From Clostridiales bacterium (GTDB taxonomy: Bacteria > Bacillota > Clostridia > Christensenellales > Borkfalkiaceae): a stretch of DNA of 64,000 nt. The DNA is taken from NCBI GenBank assembly GCA_003538975.1, contig DPQQ01000007.1, positions 17,408 to 81,407 on the forward strand, given 5' to 3'. The position numbers were made by a program, and so were the translations under genes. The stretch's first letter is position 1, and the number at the start of each line of letters is the position of its first letter. Shown piece after piece: positions 49,098-58,372 of the stretch. The notes below the pieces were generated by a model, which searched no databases, had not been told where the DNA came from, and saw only the letters and a program-made list of their open reading frames with translations.

Positions 49098-50462
49098 ATG
49101 AGGTGTTTATATTATAAAGAAAATTTTGACGAAAGAGTAAACGAAATTTTGGATAATCTGATAAGAAGATGCCCGAACGAGCCTATGTTCGCGAAAACGG
49201 TAAAAGAGTATTTTTACTCTCTTAAGCCGCTTTATAAAAGCAGCCCCGAACTTTTTTACTGCGGTATTCCCGAAAGAATTACCGAACCCGAAAAAACGAT
49301 TATCTTCAGAGTTCCGTGGACGGACGATAAAGGGGAGATAAGGGTGAACCGCGGGTACAGAGTAAAATTTTCGACCGTTCTCGGCGCAGGCAAGGGCGGA
49401 CTTCGATTTAAAAGCGGCGTAAATCTCGACGAGATCAAAACCCTTGCGTTTTCGCAGGTGTTCAAAAATGCGCTCACCGGGCTTCCGATGGGCGGGGCGA
49501 AAGGAGGCGCGGACTTCGATCCCAAGGGTAAATCGGGCGGCGAAGTAATGCGGTTCTGCCAGTCGTTCGTCAAAGGACTTTATAACGGTATAGGGGAAGA
49601 GAAGGATATTCCCGCCGGGGATATGGGGGTAGGCGAGCGCGAAATAGGCTATATGTTCGGCGAATATAAGCGGCTTACCGAGAGATTTGGCTGCTTCTTC
49701 ACGGGAAAGGGAATAAATTACGGCGGTCTTAAATTACGCAAAGAAGCTACCGGATACGGTCTTGTTTATTTTGTGAACGAAATATTAAAAGATATCGGCG
49801 AAGAATTTTCGGGTAAACGAGCGGTTGTTTCCGGATCCGGAAACGTTGCCTTATACGCGATAAAAAAAGCAATATCGCTCGGCGCGACGGTCGTCGCCGC
49901 ATCGGATTCCGACGGGGTTATTTACGATAAAAACGGAATAGATTTCGAACTTTTAAGAAAGATCAAAGAAGAAAAACGGGGCAGAATAAGAGAGTACATG
50001 GCGGTTAAAAAGAGAGCCGTATACTACGATAACCCGAAAGACATATGGAGAATAAAGTGCGATTTCGCCTTTCCGTGCGCCACTCAGAACGAGCTTGACG
50101 AAGAGGATGCCGAAGCTCTTATAAAGAACGGCTGTAAGCTTATAGCCGAAGGCGCGAACCTGCCTTGTACGGGAGCGGCGATCGAAAAATTCAAAAAAAG
50201 CGGAATTGTCTTTGCCCCGTTCAAAGCCGCAAATGCCGGCGGCGTGGCGGCGAGCGGGTTTGAGATTATACAAAACTCCGCACACTTTTATTTTACCGAA
50301 GAAGAGTCGGATAAAATGCTCAAAGAAATAATGAGAAATATCTATATAACCTGCCGCGACGCGGCAAAGGATAACGGAGCGGAAGGCGATTTGTCGACGG
50401 GAGCGAATATAGCTTCGTATAAAAAAGTCGCTGCAGCGGTTCTTGCCGAAGGTTGCGTCTGA
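49098..50462 (+). CDS. gdhA: NADP-specific glutamate dehydrogenase
   Basis: GGAKGG is present, with a GSGNVA Rossmann motif, in a 454-aa protein. Confidence 0.9.
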   Translation: MRCLYYKENFDERVNEILDNLIRRCPNEPMFAKTVKEYFYSLKPLYKSSPELFYCGIPERITEPEKTIIFRVPWTDDKGEIRVNRGYRVKFSTVLGAGKGGLRFKSGVNLDEIKTLAFSQVFKNALTGLPMGGAKGGADFDPKGKSGGEVMRFCQSFVKGLYNGIGEEKDIPAGDMGVGEREIGYMFGEYKRLTERFGCFFTGKGINYGGLKLRKEATGYGLVYFVNEILKDIGEEFSGKRAVVSGSGNVALYAIKKAISLGATVVAASDSDGVIYDKNGIDFELLRKIKEEKRGRIREYMAVKKRAVYYDNPKDIWRIKCDFAFPCATQNELDEEDAEALIKNGCKLIAEGANLPCTGAAIEKFKKSGIVFAPFKAANAGGVAASGFEIIQNSAHFYFTEEESDKMLKEIMRNIYITCRDAAKDNGAEGDLSTGANIASYKKVAAAVLAEGCV

Positions 50463-50487
50463 AAGCTAAAAAGGAATCTTTTTATAC

Positions 50488-50511
50488 TACCTGTATCGTT
50501 CAAACGCAACC
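50488..50511 (+). repeat. Dispersed motif copy b (TACCTGTATCGttcAAAcgcAACC)
   Basis: It lies in a convergent intergenic region. Confidence 0.5.
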
Positions 50512-50604
50512 ATAAATTTTATAAATCAAGCCGAATGTATCTTTGAAACTTAACCATAAAAAACGAGCGGCTTAAAATATCCGCCCGTCTTAATATAAAA
50601 ATAT

Positions 50605-51873
50605 TTATCTTTCGAACTTAAAGTCCTGCCATTTGCCGCCGTTTAAGCGGTGGATTTCTTCCGTGGCGAGTAAAAACTTGATAACAGAAGGAGTTTTAGG
50701 GTAAAACTCAACGAAATTGCCGTCTAAAAATGTGTAAAATCTCGACGTGTCGGTACACATTCCGTACGTGGGAAGGTTAAGACTGTCGATGTGAAATTTG
50801 TACGGTTCGCCGTTTTTATCGCCGTCGTAAGTGAGCCCGCTTCTGTCTATCGTGAGTTTGCCTTTGCCGACCTTTTCGGAAGTAGCTGCGCCTTTTACAA
50901 GGTGATTCTCAGGGAGAACGCCGAGTTCGACTTCGTCCGAGAATGAAAAATCGGGATTTTTGATTTCTTCCCTGACAATCGCGCGTTCGCCATTGAACCA
51001 TTCGGTCTGGGTTTCCGGGATAACGCAGGTATCGTCAAAAGGAATCATATCGTACTTGTCGTTTATTCTCGCGCCGTTGCCGCAGCGGGTGCAGCGGATT
51101 TCATTTCCTTTCGCGGTCATTGTGAATTCGCCGCCGCATTTGGGACACTTATATAGTAAGGTTTCGAGACCTTCGGCGACGTTATCGCCGACTTTGTAAC
51201 GGTACCCGTGTATTTTATTCCAGGCGTATGCGTCGTGGTATAAAGTTTCGTTTATTTTGTCTTCGATTTCTTCTGGCGTAAGGCTTTTAAGATCTTCCGG
51301 CGTAAAAAGTTTGCCGTAAGTTACGTCGACTCTGCCGGGGCGTTCGTTTAAAGCGTACTTCGGAGTCGTAAGATAGCCGCCTTCGATTTTAGAGTAGTAA
51401 ACGGGAAGGTTAAAATGCTTCAGAAACTTGCCCGTGCCTATTGCGACAGGCTGATTCGCGCCAGAAATAGAGCTCATTCTTTCCGGAAAGATCGCGATAT
51501 TGCCGCCCTCTTTTATTATTCTTGTCGCTTTTTTTATCGAAAGCGTATCGGCGACAAAATTCTTTTTGGGAATAAGATGCAGGAGCTTTGAGATCATAAC
51601 GAATTGTTTTCTGTAAAACTCGTTATAACCTACGATAAAGTTGTATTTGTTCGGAAGCGGGGTAAAGGCGTTGAAAAAATAGTCTATTCTCGAAGTGTGG
51701 TTGCTTATAAAAATATGCTGTTCTTTTACCTTTTTCATTCCGACGTCGTCGTGAATATGCACGCCGTACTTTCTTTTCATTATCGGCGTTAAAACCGCTC
51801 CTAAAAACGCATACGCGAAGCCCGGCTTTTTTACTTTTGCCGTTCTCAATCTTTCTTCGTTTGTCTTTTTCAT
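50605..51873 (-). CDS. Lysophospholipid (PlsC-family) acyltransferase with a C-terminal extension bearing a CPKC...CTRC zinc ribbon
   Basis: The H(X)4D acyltransferase motif is NHTSRIDY and the second motif is FPERMSS. The C-terminal roughly 190 aa are extra relative to typical PlsC. Confidence 0.7.
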   Translation of the reverse strand: MKKTNEERLRTAKVKKPGFAYAFLGAVLTPIMKRKYGVHIHDDVGMKKVKEQHIFISNHTSRIDYFFNAFTPLPNKYNFIVGYNEFYRKQFVMISKLLHLIPKKNFVADTLSIKKATRIIKEGGNIAIFPERMSSISGANQPVAIGTGKFLKHFNLPVYYSKIEGGYLTTPKYALNERPGRVDVTYGKLFTPEDLKSLTPEEIEDKINETLYHDAYAWNKIHGYRYKVGDNVAEGLETLLYKCPKCGGEFTMTAKGNEIRCTRCGNGARINDKYDMIPFDDTCVIPETQTEWFNGERAIVREEIKNPDFSFSDEVELGVLPENHLVKGAATSEKVGKGKLTIDRSGLTYDGDKNGEPYKFHIDSLNLPTYGMCTDTSRFYTFLDGNFVEFYPKTPSVIKFLLATEEIHRLNGGKWQDFKFER

Positions 51874-52125
51874 TCGTAATCCCTTCCTGTCTGATTTTCT
51901 GTTATCAAAAACGCTTTATAAAAAGTATAACAAATTATCGCCTGTAAAATCAATTTTATCGGGCGGAAAAAGAATTAAAATAAAAGACACTTTCGGCTTT
52001 TGTGCGTAAAAAATACGAAAATATTTATAACGCGGCAGAATAGCGGACAAAATCGGCGGCGGATTTGACGATAAATCCGATCGGATTTTAAAGATAAAAG
52101 GAATCGTTTATATATGAAGAGATTA

Positions 52126-52156
52126 AAAAGACGCAACTTCAAATTGCGTCTTTTTA
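52126..52156. terminator. Bidirectional terminator hairpin (aaaagacgcaa-cttcaaa-ttgcgtcttttt)
   Basis: It has A/T runs on both sides and lies just downstream of pyk on the minus strand. Confidence 0.8.
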
Positions 52157-52191
52157 ATTGTTTATTTAAGTTTCACACAAGTTTTTATCCG

Positions 52192-52218
52192 ACCTGTATC
52201 GGCGAAATATATCCGCCG
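52192..52218 (+). repeat. Dispersed motif copy c (ACCTGTATCGGCGAAAtatatCCGCCG)
   Basis: It lies between the pyk 3' end and the plsC-like 5' end. Confidence 0.55.
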
Positions 52219-52232
52219 CATTGAACATACGA

Positions 52233-53645
52233 TTAAAGAGTCTGTATGCTTATAAGGTTCGAATTACCTACTTTGCCGTTCGGGGTACCCGCTGTTATAA
52301 CCACTTTATCGCCTTTTTTAGCGATTCCGCTTTTAACGGCGCACTGCTTGGCAAAGTATAAAAGTATGTCGAGAGAAGAATATTCCTCGCTCATCACGGG
52401 AGTTACGCCCCAGGAAAGAGCGAGCTTTCTGAAAGCTTTTTTATCGGTGGTCATACCGATGATAGGTTCTTCGGGACGGAATCTCGAAACCATTCTCGCA
52501 GTCATACCCGTTCTCGTGCAGACAACGAGAGCTTTTGCGTTAAGGTCGCGCGCAAGCATGCACGCCGAGTGAGAAAGAGCTATCTGATCGGAAGAGATGA
52601 CAAACGATTCTTCGGGAATTACCTGAATGTAAACCCTGTTGTGCTCTGCCTGTTCCGCAATTTTAGCCATAGCGCGTACGGCGTCGACGGGATATTCGCC
52701 GGCGGCGGTTTCGCCGGAAAGCATAACGGCGCTAGTTCCGTCGTAAACGGCGTTCGCAACGTCCGAGATTTCCGCTCTCGTGGGGCGTTTGTTGTGAGTC
52801 ATGGATTCGAGCATTTCGGTCGCGGTGATACAGCGTTTACCGAGAATACGGCTCATGTCTATTATGTGTTTCTGAATGTTCGGAAGTTCTTCGTAGGGGA
52901 TTTCGACTCCGAGATCGCCTCTCGCAACCATGACGCCGTCGGAAGCTTTTAATATGCTTTCGAGATTGTTCACGCCCGTTCTGTTTTCGATTTTGGCGAT
53001 AAGGTCTATATCCGCACCGCCGTTTTCCGCAAGGAATTTGCGGGCGGTTTCGATATCTTCTTTACAGGATACGAAGGATAACGCGATAAAGTCCACGCCG
53101 CAGTCGATTCCGAAAAGGAGATCTTTTTTATCCTGTTCGGACAAAAAGTCGAGCTTTAAGTGCTTGTTGGGGAAGAACATGCTTCTGTGATCGGAAGTTT
53201 CTCCGCCGACGAGTACGGTAGTCAGAACGTCGTTTCCTTTTACTTCGTCTACGACGAACGACATAAGTCCGTTATTCAAAAGGATTTTGTCGCCTTTTTG
53301 CATGGACTCGGGAAGATTTTTATATGAAACCGAAACCTTTGTTTCGTCGCCTAAAATATCGTCCGAAGTGAATGTGAACTTGTCGCCCTTTTTAAGAACT
53401 ATTTTACCGTTTTTGTATCTGCCCGTTCTGAATTCCGGTCCCTTGGTGTCGAGCATTATCGGAAGGGGAATGCCGCGTTCTTCTCTTATCTTTTTTACTA
53501 TGTTGATTTTTTTAAGCTGTTCTTCGTGCGTCCCGTGCGAAAAGTTCAGGCGGCAAACGTTCATGCCGGCGTCGTACATAGCCGAAATAACTTCTTCGGT
53601 ATCGCTTGCGGGACCTAATGTGCATACTATTTTGGTCTTTTTCAT
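52233..53645 (-). CDS. pyk: Pyruvate kinase
   Basis: MKKTKIVCTLGPAS...GVMVARGDLGVE matches the family. The protein is 470 aa. Confidence 0.95.
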   Translation of the reverse strand: MKKTKIVCTLGPASDTEEVISAMYDAGMNVCRLNFSHGTHEEQLKKINIVKKIREERGIPLPIMLDTKGPEFRTGRYKNGKIVLKKGDKFTFTSDDILGDETKVSVSYKNLPESMQKGDKILLNNGLMSFVVDEVKGNDVLTTVLVGGETSDHRSMFFPNKHLKLDFLSEQDKKDLLFGIDCGVDFIALSFVSCKEDIETARKFLAENGGADIDLIAKIENRTGVNNLESILKASDGVMVARGDLGVEIPYEELPNIQKHIIDMSRILGKRCITATEMLESMTHNKRPTRAEISDVANAVYDGTSAVMLSGETAAGEYPVDAVRAMAKIAEQAEHNRVYIQVIPEESFVISSDQIALSHSACMLARDLNAKALVVCTRTGMTARMVSRFRPEEPIIGMTTDKKAFRKLALSWGVTPVMSEEYSSLDILLYFAKQCAVKSGIAKKGDKVVITAGTPNGKVGNSNLISIQTL

Positions 53646-53782
53646 ATTGTCTCCGTAATTTTTAGTTTTGCTTCTATATTTATAACCGATTTATTATATA
53701 AGAAAATTGCTTTAAACGCAAGAATTTTTAAATAATATGTAATACCAATGCAATTCGGACGACCGGTAAAATAAAAAATAAA

Positions 53783-53816
53783 GTCCCGCGGATTTTTACG
53801 GGACCTGATTTTTTTA
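53783..53816. terminator. Hairpin gtcccg-cggattttta-cgggac with flanking T/A runs (terminator for the minus-strand S-component gene)
   Basis: Read directly. Confidence 0.6.
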
Positions 53817-53840
53817 TTTGTTTTTGTACCGTTATAAACT

Positions 53841-53865
53841 TACCTGTATCGCCGAAACCGTACCG
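53841..53865 (+). repeat. Dispersed motif copy d (TACCTGTATCGccGAAAccgtACCG)
   Basis: It lies upstream of pyk. Confidence 0.55.
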
Positions 53866-53935
53866 ATATTTATAGAGAGTATGATAAATTCATATAAACG
53901 TATTTCCGAAACAGCTCCGTTAATCCATATAGAGA

Positions 53936-54469
53936 CTATGCGGCTTCGTCTTTTTCTTGTTCTTCCGTCTTTTCGGGATAGACAAACTTTTTGACGGGGG
54001 TAACGTACAGTAAAAGCGTTCCGAAGACAGCGCCTATGCCCGCCTGTAAAAATTCGAACGGGAGCTTCATGATGGCGTATTCGAGAGTGCTGTAAACGAA
54101 AATTTTGCCTAACGTATAGCCTCCGACCATTATTATCATGCCGACAAAAACGGCAAGAACCGAGCGCCAGAGTTTAGGGAGCCTGCCTTTATAGCCGCCC
54201 GATATAAGAGCTATAGCGACCGCCTGCACGCCGTGCGTTACCAAAGATACGAACATGGGGGCGGGATAAAAAATCATATCGCCGAGAAACGCGCCCACGC
54301 CGCCGACCACAAATGCAAGGAAAGGATCCAGAAACAGAGCCGCAAAGCATATTACTATATCGTTAAGATATACGTGACCGCCGGGTACTGGTACTCCGAA
54401 GGACGAAAGAGCCACGTTCATCGCCGTGAAAACCGCTGCGAGACATATTTTTTTAATCGAAATTTTCAT
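53936..54469 (-). CDS. ECF transporter S component (vitamin-specific substrate-capture subunit, 177 aa)
   Basis: Start MKISIKKICLAAVFTAMNVALSSF has an RBS aaaggaa. Six hydrophobic segments are present. No riboswitch lies upstream. Confidence 0.7.
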   Translation of the reverse strand: MKISIKKICLAAVFTAMNVALSSFGVPVPGGHVYLNDIVICFAALFLDPFLAFVVGGVGAFLGDMIFYPAPMFVSLVTHGVQAVAIALISGGYKGRLPKLWRSVLAVFVGMIIMVGGYTLGKIFVYSTLEYAIMKLPFEFLQAGIGAVFGTLLLYVTPVKKFVYPEKTEEQEKDEAA

Positions 54470-54675
54470 ATTTATTCCTTTTTCCGCCTTAAAGAAGCGG
54501 TTGACTTTTTTACCGCAAAAGTATATCATATATTTGGATATATAAAATAACCAAATAAAATATTTTTTATATAACCAGATTCAATATCCGTCCGCGGTAA
54601 ACGCAGCGGAATTATTTTATAGAAAGCAAAAATTATAAAGATCTATCCGCCGGTAAACGGCGGTCGGTATATTTT

Positions 54676-55785
54676 ATGAAAAAGTACGTTAAAGTTTACA
54701 ATTCGGTAAAAAAAGACATAGTTAATGAAAATCTTTTATACGGCGAAAAGCTCCCGTCCAAGCGTAACGCCGCATTTATATTCGGCGTGAGCGTTATCAC
54801 CGTCGAAAGGGCGTACGCCGCTCTCGCGAGCGAAGGTTATATAGATTCGAAAGAAAAAAGCGGGTATTTTGTTACCTATTCGCCCGATATGTTTACGATA
54901 AAAAGCGGAAAGGCCGAAGAAAATTTTAATATAAACAAGTTCGCCCGTAAGGAAGAAGAGAAAAACGCGGTCAGTAACGAAGCGGAAGAATATTTTCCGT
55001 TCTCGGTATACGCTTCGGCGGTGAGAGCGGTGCTTTCCGATTACGGCGAAAGTCTGATGAAAAGAACCGACGGCAGCGGCTCTGAAGTTTTGAAAACGGC
55101 AATAAAAAACTATCTTAAAGTTTATAAAAATATCGAAACCGCCGAAAAAAACATTATAATCGGAGCGGGGGCGGAATATCTTTACGGCTTGATTGTCGAG
55201 CTTATCGGCAAGAATAAAATTTTCGCCGTCGAAACGCCTTCTTACGGCGGCATAAAAAAGACCTATCTGTCGATGGGAGTAAAAGTCGAAGAGCTGGCTC
55301 TTCGCGCGGACGGAATAGATTCCGGCGAGCTTGAAAAAAGCCGGGCGGACGTACTGCACGTCACTCCTTATAAAAGCTATCCCACGATGATTTCGGCAAC
55401 GGCATCCAAGCGCGCCGAATATTTAAGTCACGTGTGTAAAACGGGCGGCTATATAGTCGAAGACGATTACGAATCCGAATTTTCGAATATCGCAAAACCC
55501 ACCGAAACGCTTTTCGGCGAAGCTGCGGAACAGTCCGAAAATTCGGATAAAAAAGCACGGGTTATTTATGTAAACACTTTCACTAAAACGATATGCCCGT
55601 CGGTAAGAGTTGCGTATATGATTCTGCCGGAAGATCTTTCGGACGAATATTATAAAAAGTTCGGCTTCCGTTCGTGTCCCGTGCCGTCGCTCGAGCAATA
55701 CGCCGTCGCTAAAATTTTGTCGGACGGCAGCTTCGTAAGGCATATAAACAGAGTGCGCCGTACACGCAGACAAAACCGGCAGTAA
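54676..55785 (+). CDS. MocR/GntR-family transcriptional regulator (N-terminal HTH plus aminotransferase-like PLP domain)
   Basis: The GntR HTH is LPSKRNAAFIFGVSVITVERAY. A FTKT lysine motif sits in the C-terminal fold-type I domain. Confidence 0.75.
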   Translation: MKKYVKVYNSVKKDIVNENLLYGEKLPSKRNAAFIFGVSVITVERAYAALASEGYIDSKEKSGYFVTYSPDMFTIKSGKAEENFNINKFARKEEEKNAVSNEAEEYFPFSVYASAVRAVLSDYGESLMKRTDGSGSEVLKTAIKNYLKVYKNIETAEKNIIIGAGAEYLYGLIVELIGKNKIFAVETPSYGGIKKTYLSMGVKVEELALRADGIDSGELEKSRADVLHVTPYKSYPTMISATASKRAEYLSHVCKTGGYIVEDDYESEFSNIAKPTETLFGEAAEQSENSDKKARVIYVNTFTKTICPSVRVAYMILPEDLSDEYYKKFGFRSCPVPSLEQYAVAKILSDGSFVRHINRVRRTRRQNRQ

Positions 55786-55893
55786 AAAAATGTCGGCAAA
55801 TTTATATAAAACGTCCGAAAAACTTGCGTAAATTGAAAAAAGTTTATAAAATATTTTTAAGAGAATAAAAAGCAAAAATTATTTTAAGGAAAA

Positions 55894-56799
55894 ATGGAAA
55901 AAGAAGAAAACCTGCAATTTCGTGAGAAAAACGAAAAAGCACCCGAAAAGAATAAGACCAAAAAGACTAAAATCGCGCTTAAAATAGTTGCGGTTATTTT
56001 TGCGGTACTTCTTATTTTTATTTTTACCTGCTGGATATTGTATATAATTTCCGACAAAAATATCGTTCGCTGGCGCCCCGATTACGAAATGGCCGATATT
56101 TCCGCCGTTCTCGAAAAGGATAATCTCACAAAAGAAGATTATTCGTTTTTATACGAGCAGACGGGACTTACCGAAATCGGCATACAAAGAGCGTTAAACA
56201 GGGGCGAAGCCGGTAAAAAACGTATACTTAAAATTCAGGAAGAGTTTTTTACCGAATATAAGGTAAAAAATTCGGAATTCGATCCGTTTATGTGTACCGA
56301 TTACATCGACAGATACACGACCAATATTTATCTCGAAGATGGCGATATAATAGTAAGCGCGTCCACGCACCTGTCGTGCATGAGAATAGGTCACGCCGGT
56401 CTTGTCACTAACGGCGAAAATAACGAAGTTTTACAGGCGGTGGCTTACGGCGAACCGAGCGAAATCGGATTTATGACAGACTTTACCGACCGAGTAAACT
56501 ATATGGTTTTAAGGCCGAAGTTTTCGGAAGAAGTCCGTAAATCGGTTGCGGAATATGCCGAAAAAAACCTTTGCGGTATAAAATACAGCGCGTTTGTCGG
56601 CAGTTTTAACAAAAAATCCGCAAAAAAGACGCAGTGCGCGCACATAGTGTGGTTCGCATACGCAAAGTGCGGGTATAATCTGCTTAAAAAGAATACAACT
56701 CTCGTTCTCCCGTACGATCTTGCGAATTCCGATATGGTAGAAGTCGTTCAGGTATCGGGCTTTAATCCTTATACCTTGTGGGAAAATCTTATGTTTTAG
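55894..56799 (+). CDS. Membrane-anchored hypothetical protein, possibly a permuted papain-like (YiiX/DUF830-type) hydrolase
   Basis: The N-terminus is Lys-rich and followed by a TM helix. GDIIVSASTHLSCMRIGHAGLV and TQCAHIVWFAYAKCG supply Cys/His candidates. Confidence 0.45.
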   Translation: MEKEENLQFREKNEKAPEKNKTKKTKIALKIVAVIFAVLLIFIFTCWILYIISDKNIVRWRPDYEMADISAVLEKDNLTKEDYSFLYEQTGLTEIGIQRALNRGEAGKKRILKIQEEFFTEYKVKNSEFDPFMCTDYIDRYTTNIYLEDGDIIVSASTHLSCMRIGHAGLVTNGENNEVLQAVAYGEPSEIGFMTDFTDRVNYMVLRPKFSEEVRKSVAEYAEKNLCGIKYSAFVGSFNKKSAKKTQCAHIVWFAYAKCGYNLLKKNTTLVLPYDLANSDMVEVVQVSGFNPYTLWENLMF

Positions 56800-56941
56800 T
56801 TTGTTATAGTCCGCATGGTTATCTTTTGACCGCACTCCCGGACGGCGAAGCCATAGTAAAAGCAATAATTTGAGGCACGAATATGGACATCGCCGATAAA
56901 AAATGGTATAATGCGGGTATCTTATAAATGCGGAGCTGATT

Positions 56942-57886
56942 ATGAAATCACCTAAAAACAAGACGATAGATTTTACTCTCGAAGAAGGCAAGCCATTTTT
57001 AGGCAGATGCGTAAAAGTAAATTCTGCGGTGACCACAGATAAAATTCTCGATAAAACCATACTCGGCGACACGCTTTGCACTCTCGGGTTTTTCCCCGAA
57101 AAGAGCGTTGATCTGCTTATAGCCGATCCTTACTATAATCTCGATAAAAGTTTCCACGGGAATAAATTTTCGAAATTAAAGGGTAACGAATACGCCGAAT
57201 ATACCGAAAGCTGGATAAAAAAGATAATACCGCTGTTAAAGCCGACCGCTTCGGTTTACGTCTGTTGCGACTGGCAGTCGAGCCTGCAGATAGGAACGGT
57301 CCTTAATAAATATTTTAACGTTATCAACAGAATAACCTGGCAAAGGGAAAAGGGACGCGGCGCACGTAAAAACTGGAAAAATTCGCTTGAAGACATATGG
57401 TTCGCAACGGTTTCGGACGAATACACCTTTAATGTAAGCGACGTTATGTCGCGGCGGAAGGTGCTTGCCCCGTATAAGGTCGAAGGTAAACCCAAAGATT
57501 GGGAAGCAACCGCCGAAGGCAATTTCAGAAATACTTATCCGTCGAACTTCTGGGACGATATTTCTATTCCGTACTGGTCTATGCCCGAAAATACGGCTCA
57601 TCCCACTCAAAAACCCGAAAAACTTTTGGCAAAGCTCATACTTGCCAGCAGTAACAAAGGGGACGTGGTTCTGGATCCGTTTTTAGGTTCGGGTACGACT
57701 TCCGTCGTCGCAAAAAAGTTAGGGCGGCATTATATAGGCATCGAACAGAATCCGCTGTATTGCGCATGGGCGGAATACAGATTGGAGCAGGCGGAAGGCG
57801 ATAAAACGATACAAGGGTATTCCGACGGAGTTTTTTGGGGAAGGAACACTTCCTCCGTCCGAAGAAAAGGGAAAACTGAAAAATAA
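56942..57886 (+). CDS. Orphan beta-class DNA methyltransferase (N6-adenine or N4-cytosine)
   Basis: Motif IV DLLIADPYYN comes first, then HPTQKPEKLLAKLI, then motif I VLDPFLGSGTT. No restriction-endonuclease-like neighbour is present. Confidence 0.85.
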   Translation: MKSPKNKTIDFTLEEGKPFLGRCVKVNSAVTTDKILDKTILGDTLCTLGFFPEKSVDLLIADPYYNLDKSFHGNKFSKLKGNEYAEYTESWIKKIIPLLKPTASVYVCCDWQSSLQIGTVLNKYFNVINRITWQREKGRGARKNWKNSLEDIWFATVSDEYTFNVSDVMSRRKVLAPYKVEGKPKDWEATAEGNFRNTYPSNFWDDISIPYWSMPENTAHPTQKPEKLLAKLILASSNKGDVVLDPFLGSGTTSVVAKKLGRHYIGIEQNPLYCAWAEYRLEQAEGDKTIQGYSDGVFWGRNTSSVRRKGKTEK

Positions 57887-57904
57887 AATAATTAAATACC
57901 GAAA

Positions 57905-57937
57905 AACGGACTTGAGATAAAAATCAAGCCCGTTTTT
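57905..57937 (+). terminator. Rho-independent terminator (aaacggacttga-gataaaaa-tcaagcccgttt-tt)
   Basis: Hairpin with one mismatch, then a T-run. Confidence 0.75.
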
Positions 57938-58121
57938 GTTATATTATGGCTGAATCGGTTCGGCAGACTTGCGGGTAAAATCCGTTATCGGCGAAAGCAA
58001 AAACGGACGGCGAAGATTTTTCGGATTTTTATTTTTTAAGATTTAAGATATTGATTAAAAAATTTTAATATGCTACAATAAAGTAGCTACACAATTTAAT
58101 CATAGGATTTTCGGTATTGAA

Positions 58122-58284
58122 GGGCATATTATACCCTTTTTTTGACCATAACCAAATTATTGAATTTGATAAAAACTCAAATTCCACTAAAAAGGTTATG
58201 GCAATACCGTAATACCGATTAGATTGTGTAGCGACAACGGAGTTTGCGTTTTTTGTGCGGCAGCTTCGGTTGTCGCACTTTTTG
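58122..58284 (+). repeat. Leader element copy A (about 160 nt): GGG..CAT..TACCCTTTTT box, palindrome GAATTTG-N9-CAAATTC, then CGGAGTTTGCGTTTTTTGTGCGGCAGCTTCGGTTGTCGCACTTTTT hairpin
   Basis: A second copy at 60284-60444 matches the last 52 nt at 51/52 positions. Confidence 0.8.
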
Positions 58285-58372
58285 TTTAAGGGGGATGTAA
58301 ACATGTGATAATCGGAAAAGGTAAGGAAGGTTTGTGAATAAAATTAAGAAAAGAGAGAGAGGAGTTATTTAA

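Noticed and set aside
58065-58304. Minus-strand ORFs at 58065-58304 and 60360-60572 that both translate ...KKCDNRSCRTKNANS...
   Set aside because: The shared peptide is merely the reverse-complement reading of the conserved 52-nt hairpin block of the duplicated leader. There is no RBS, and a real coding sequence would not match an intergenic RNA element this precisely. The conservation comes from the DNA element, not the protein.
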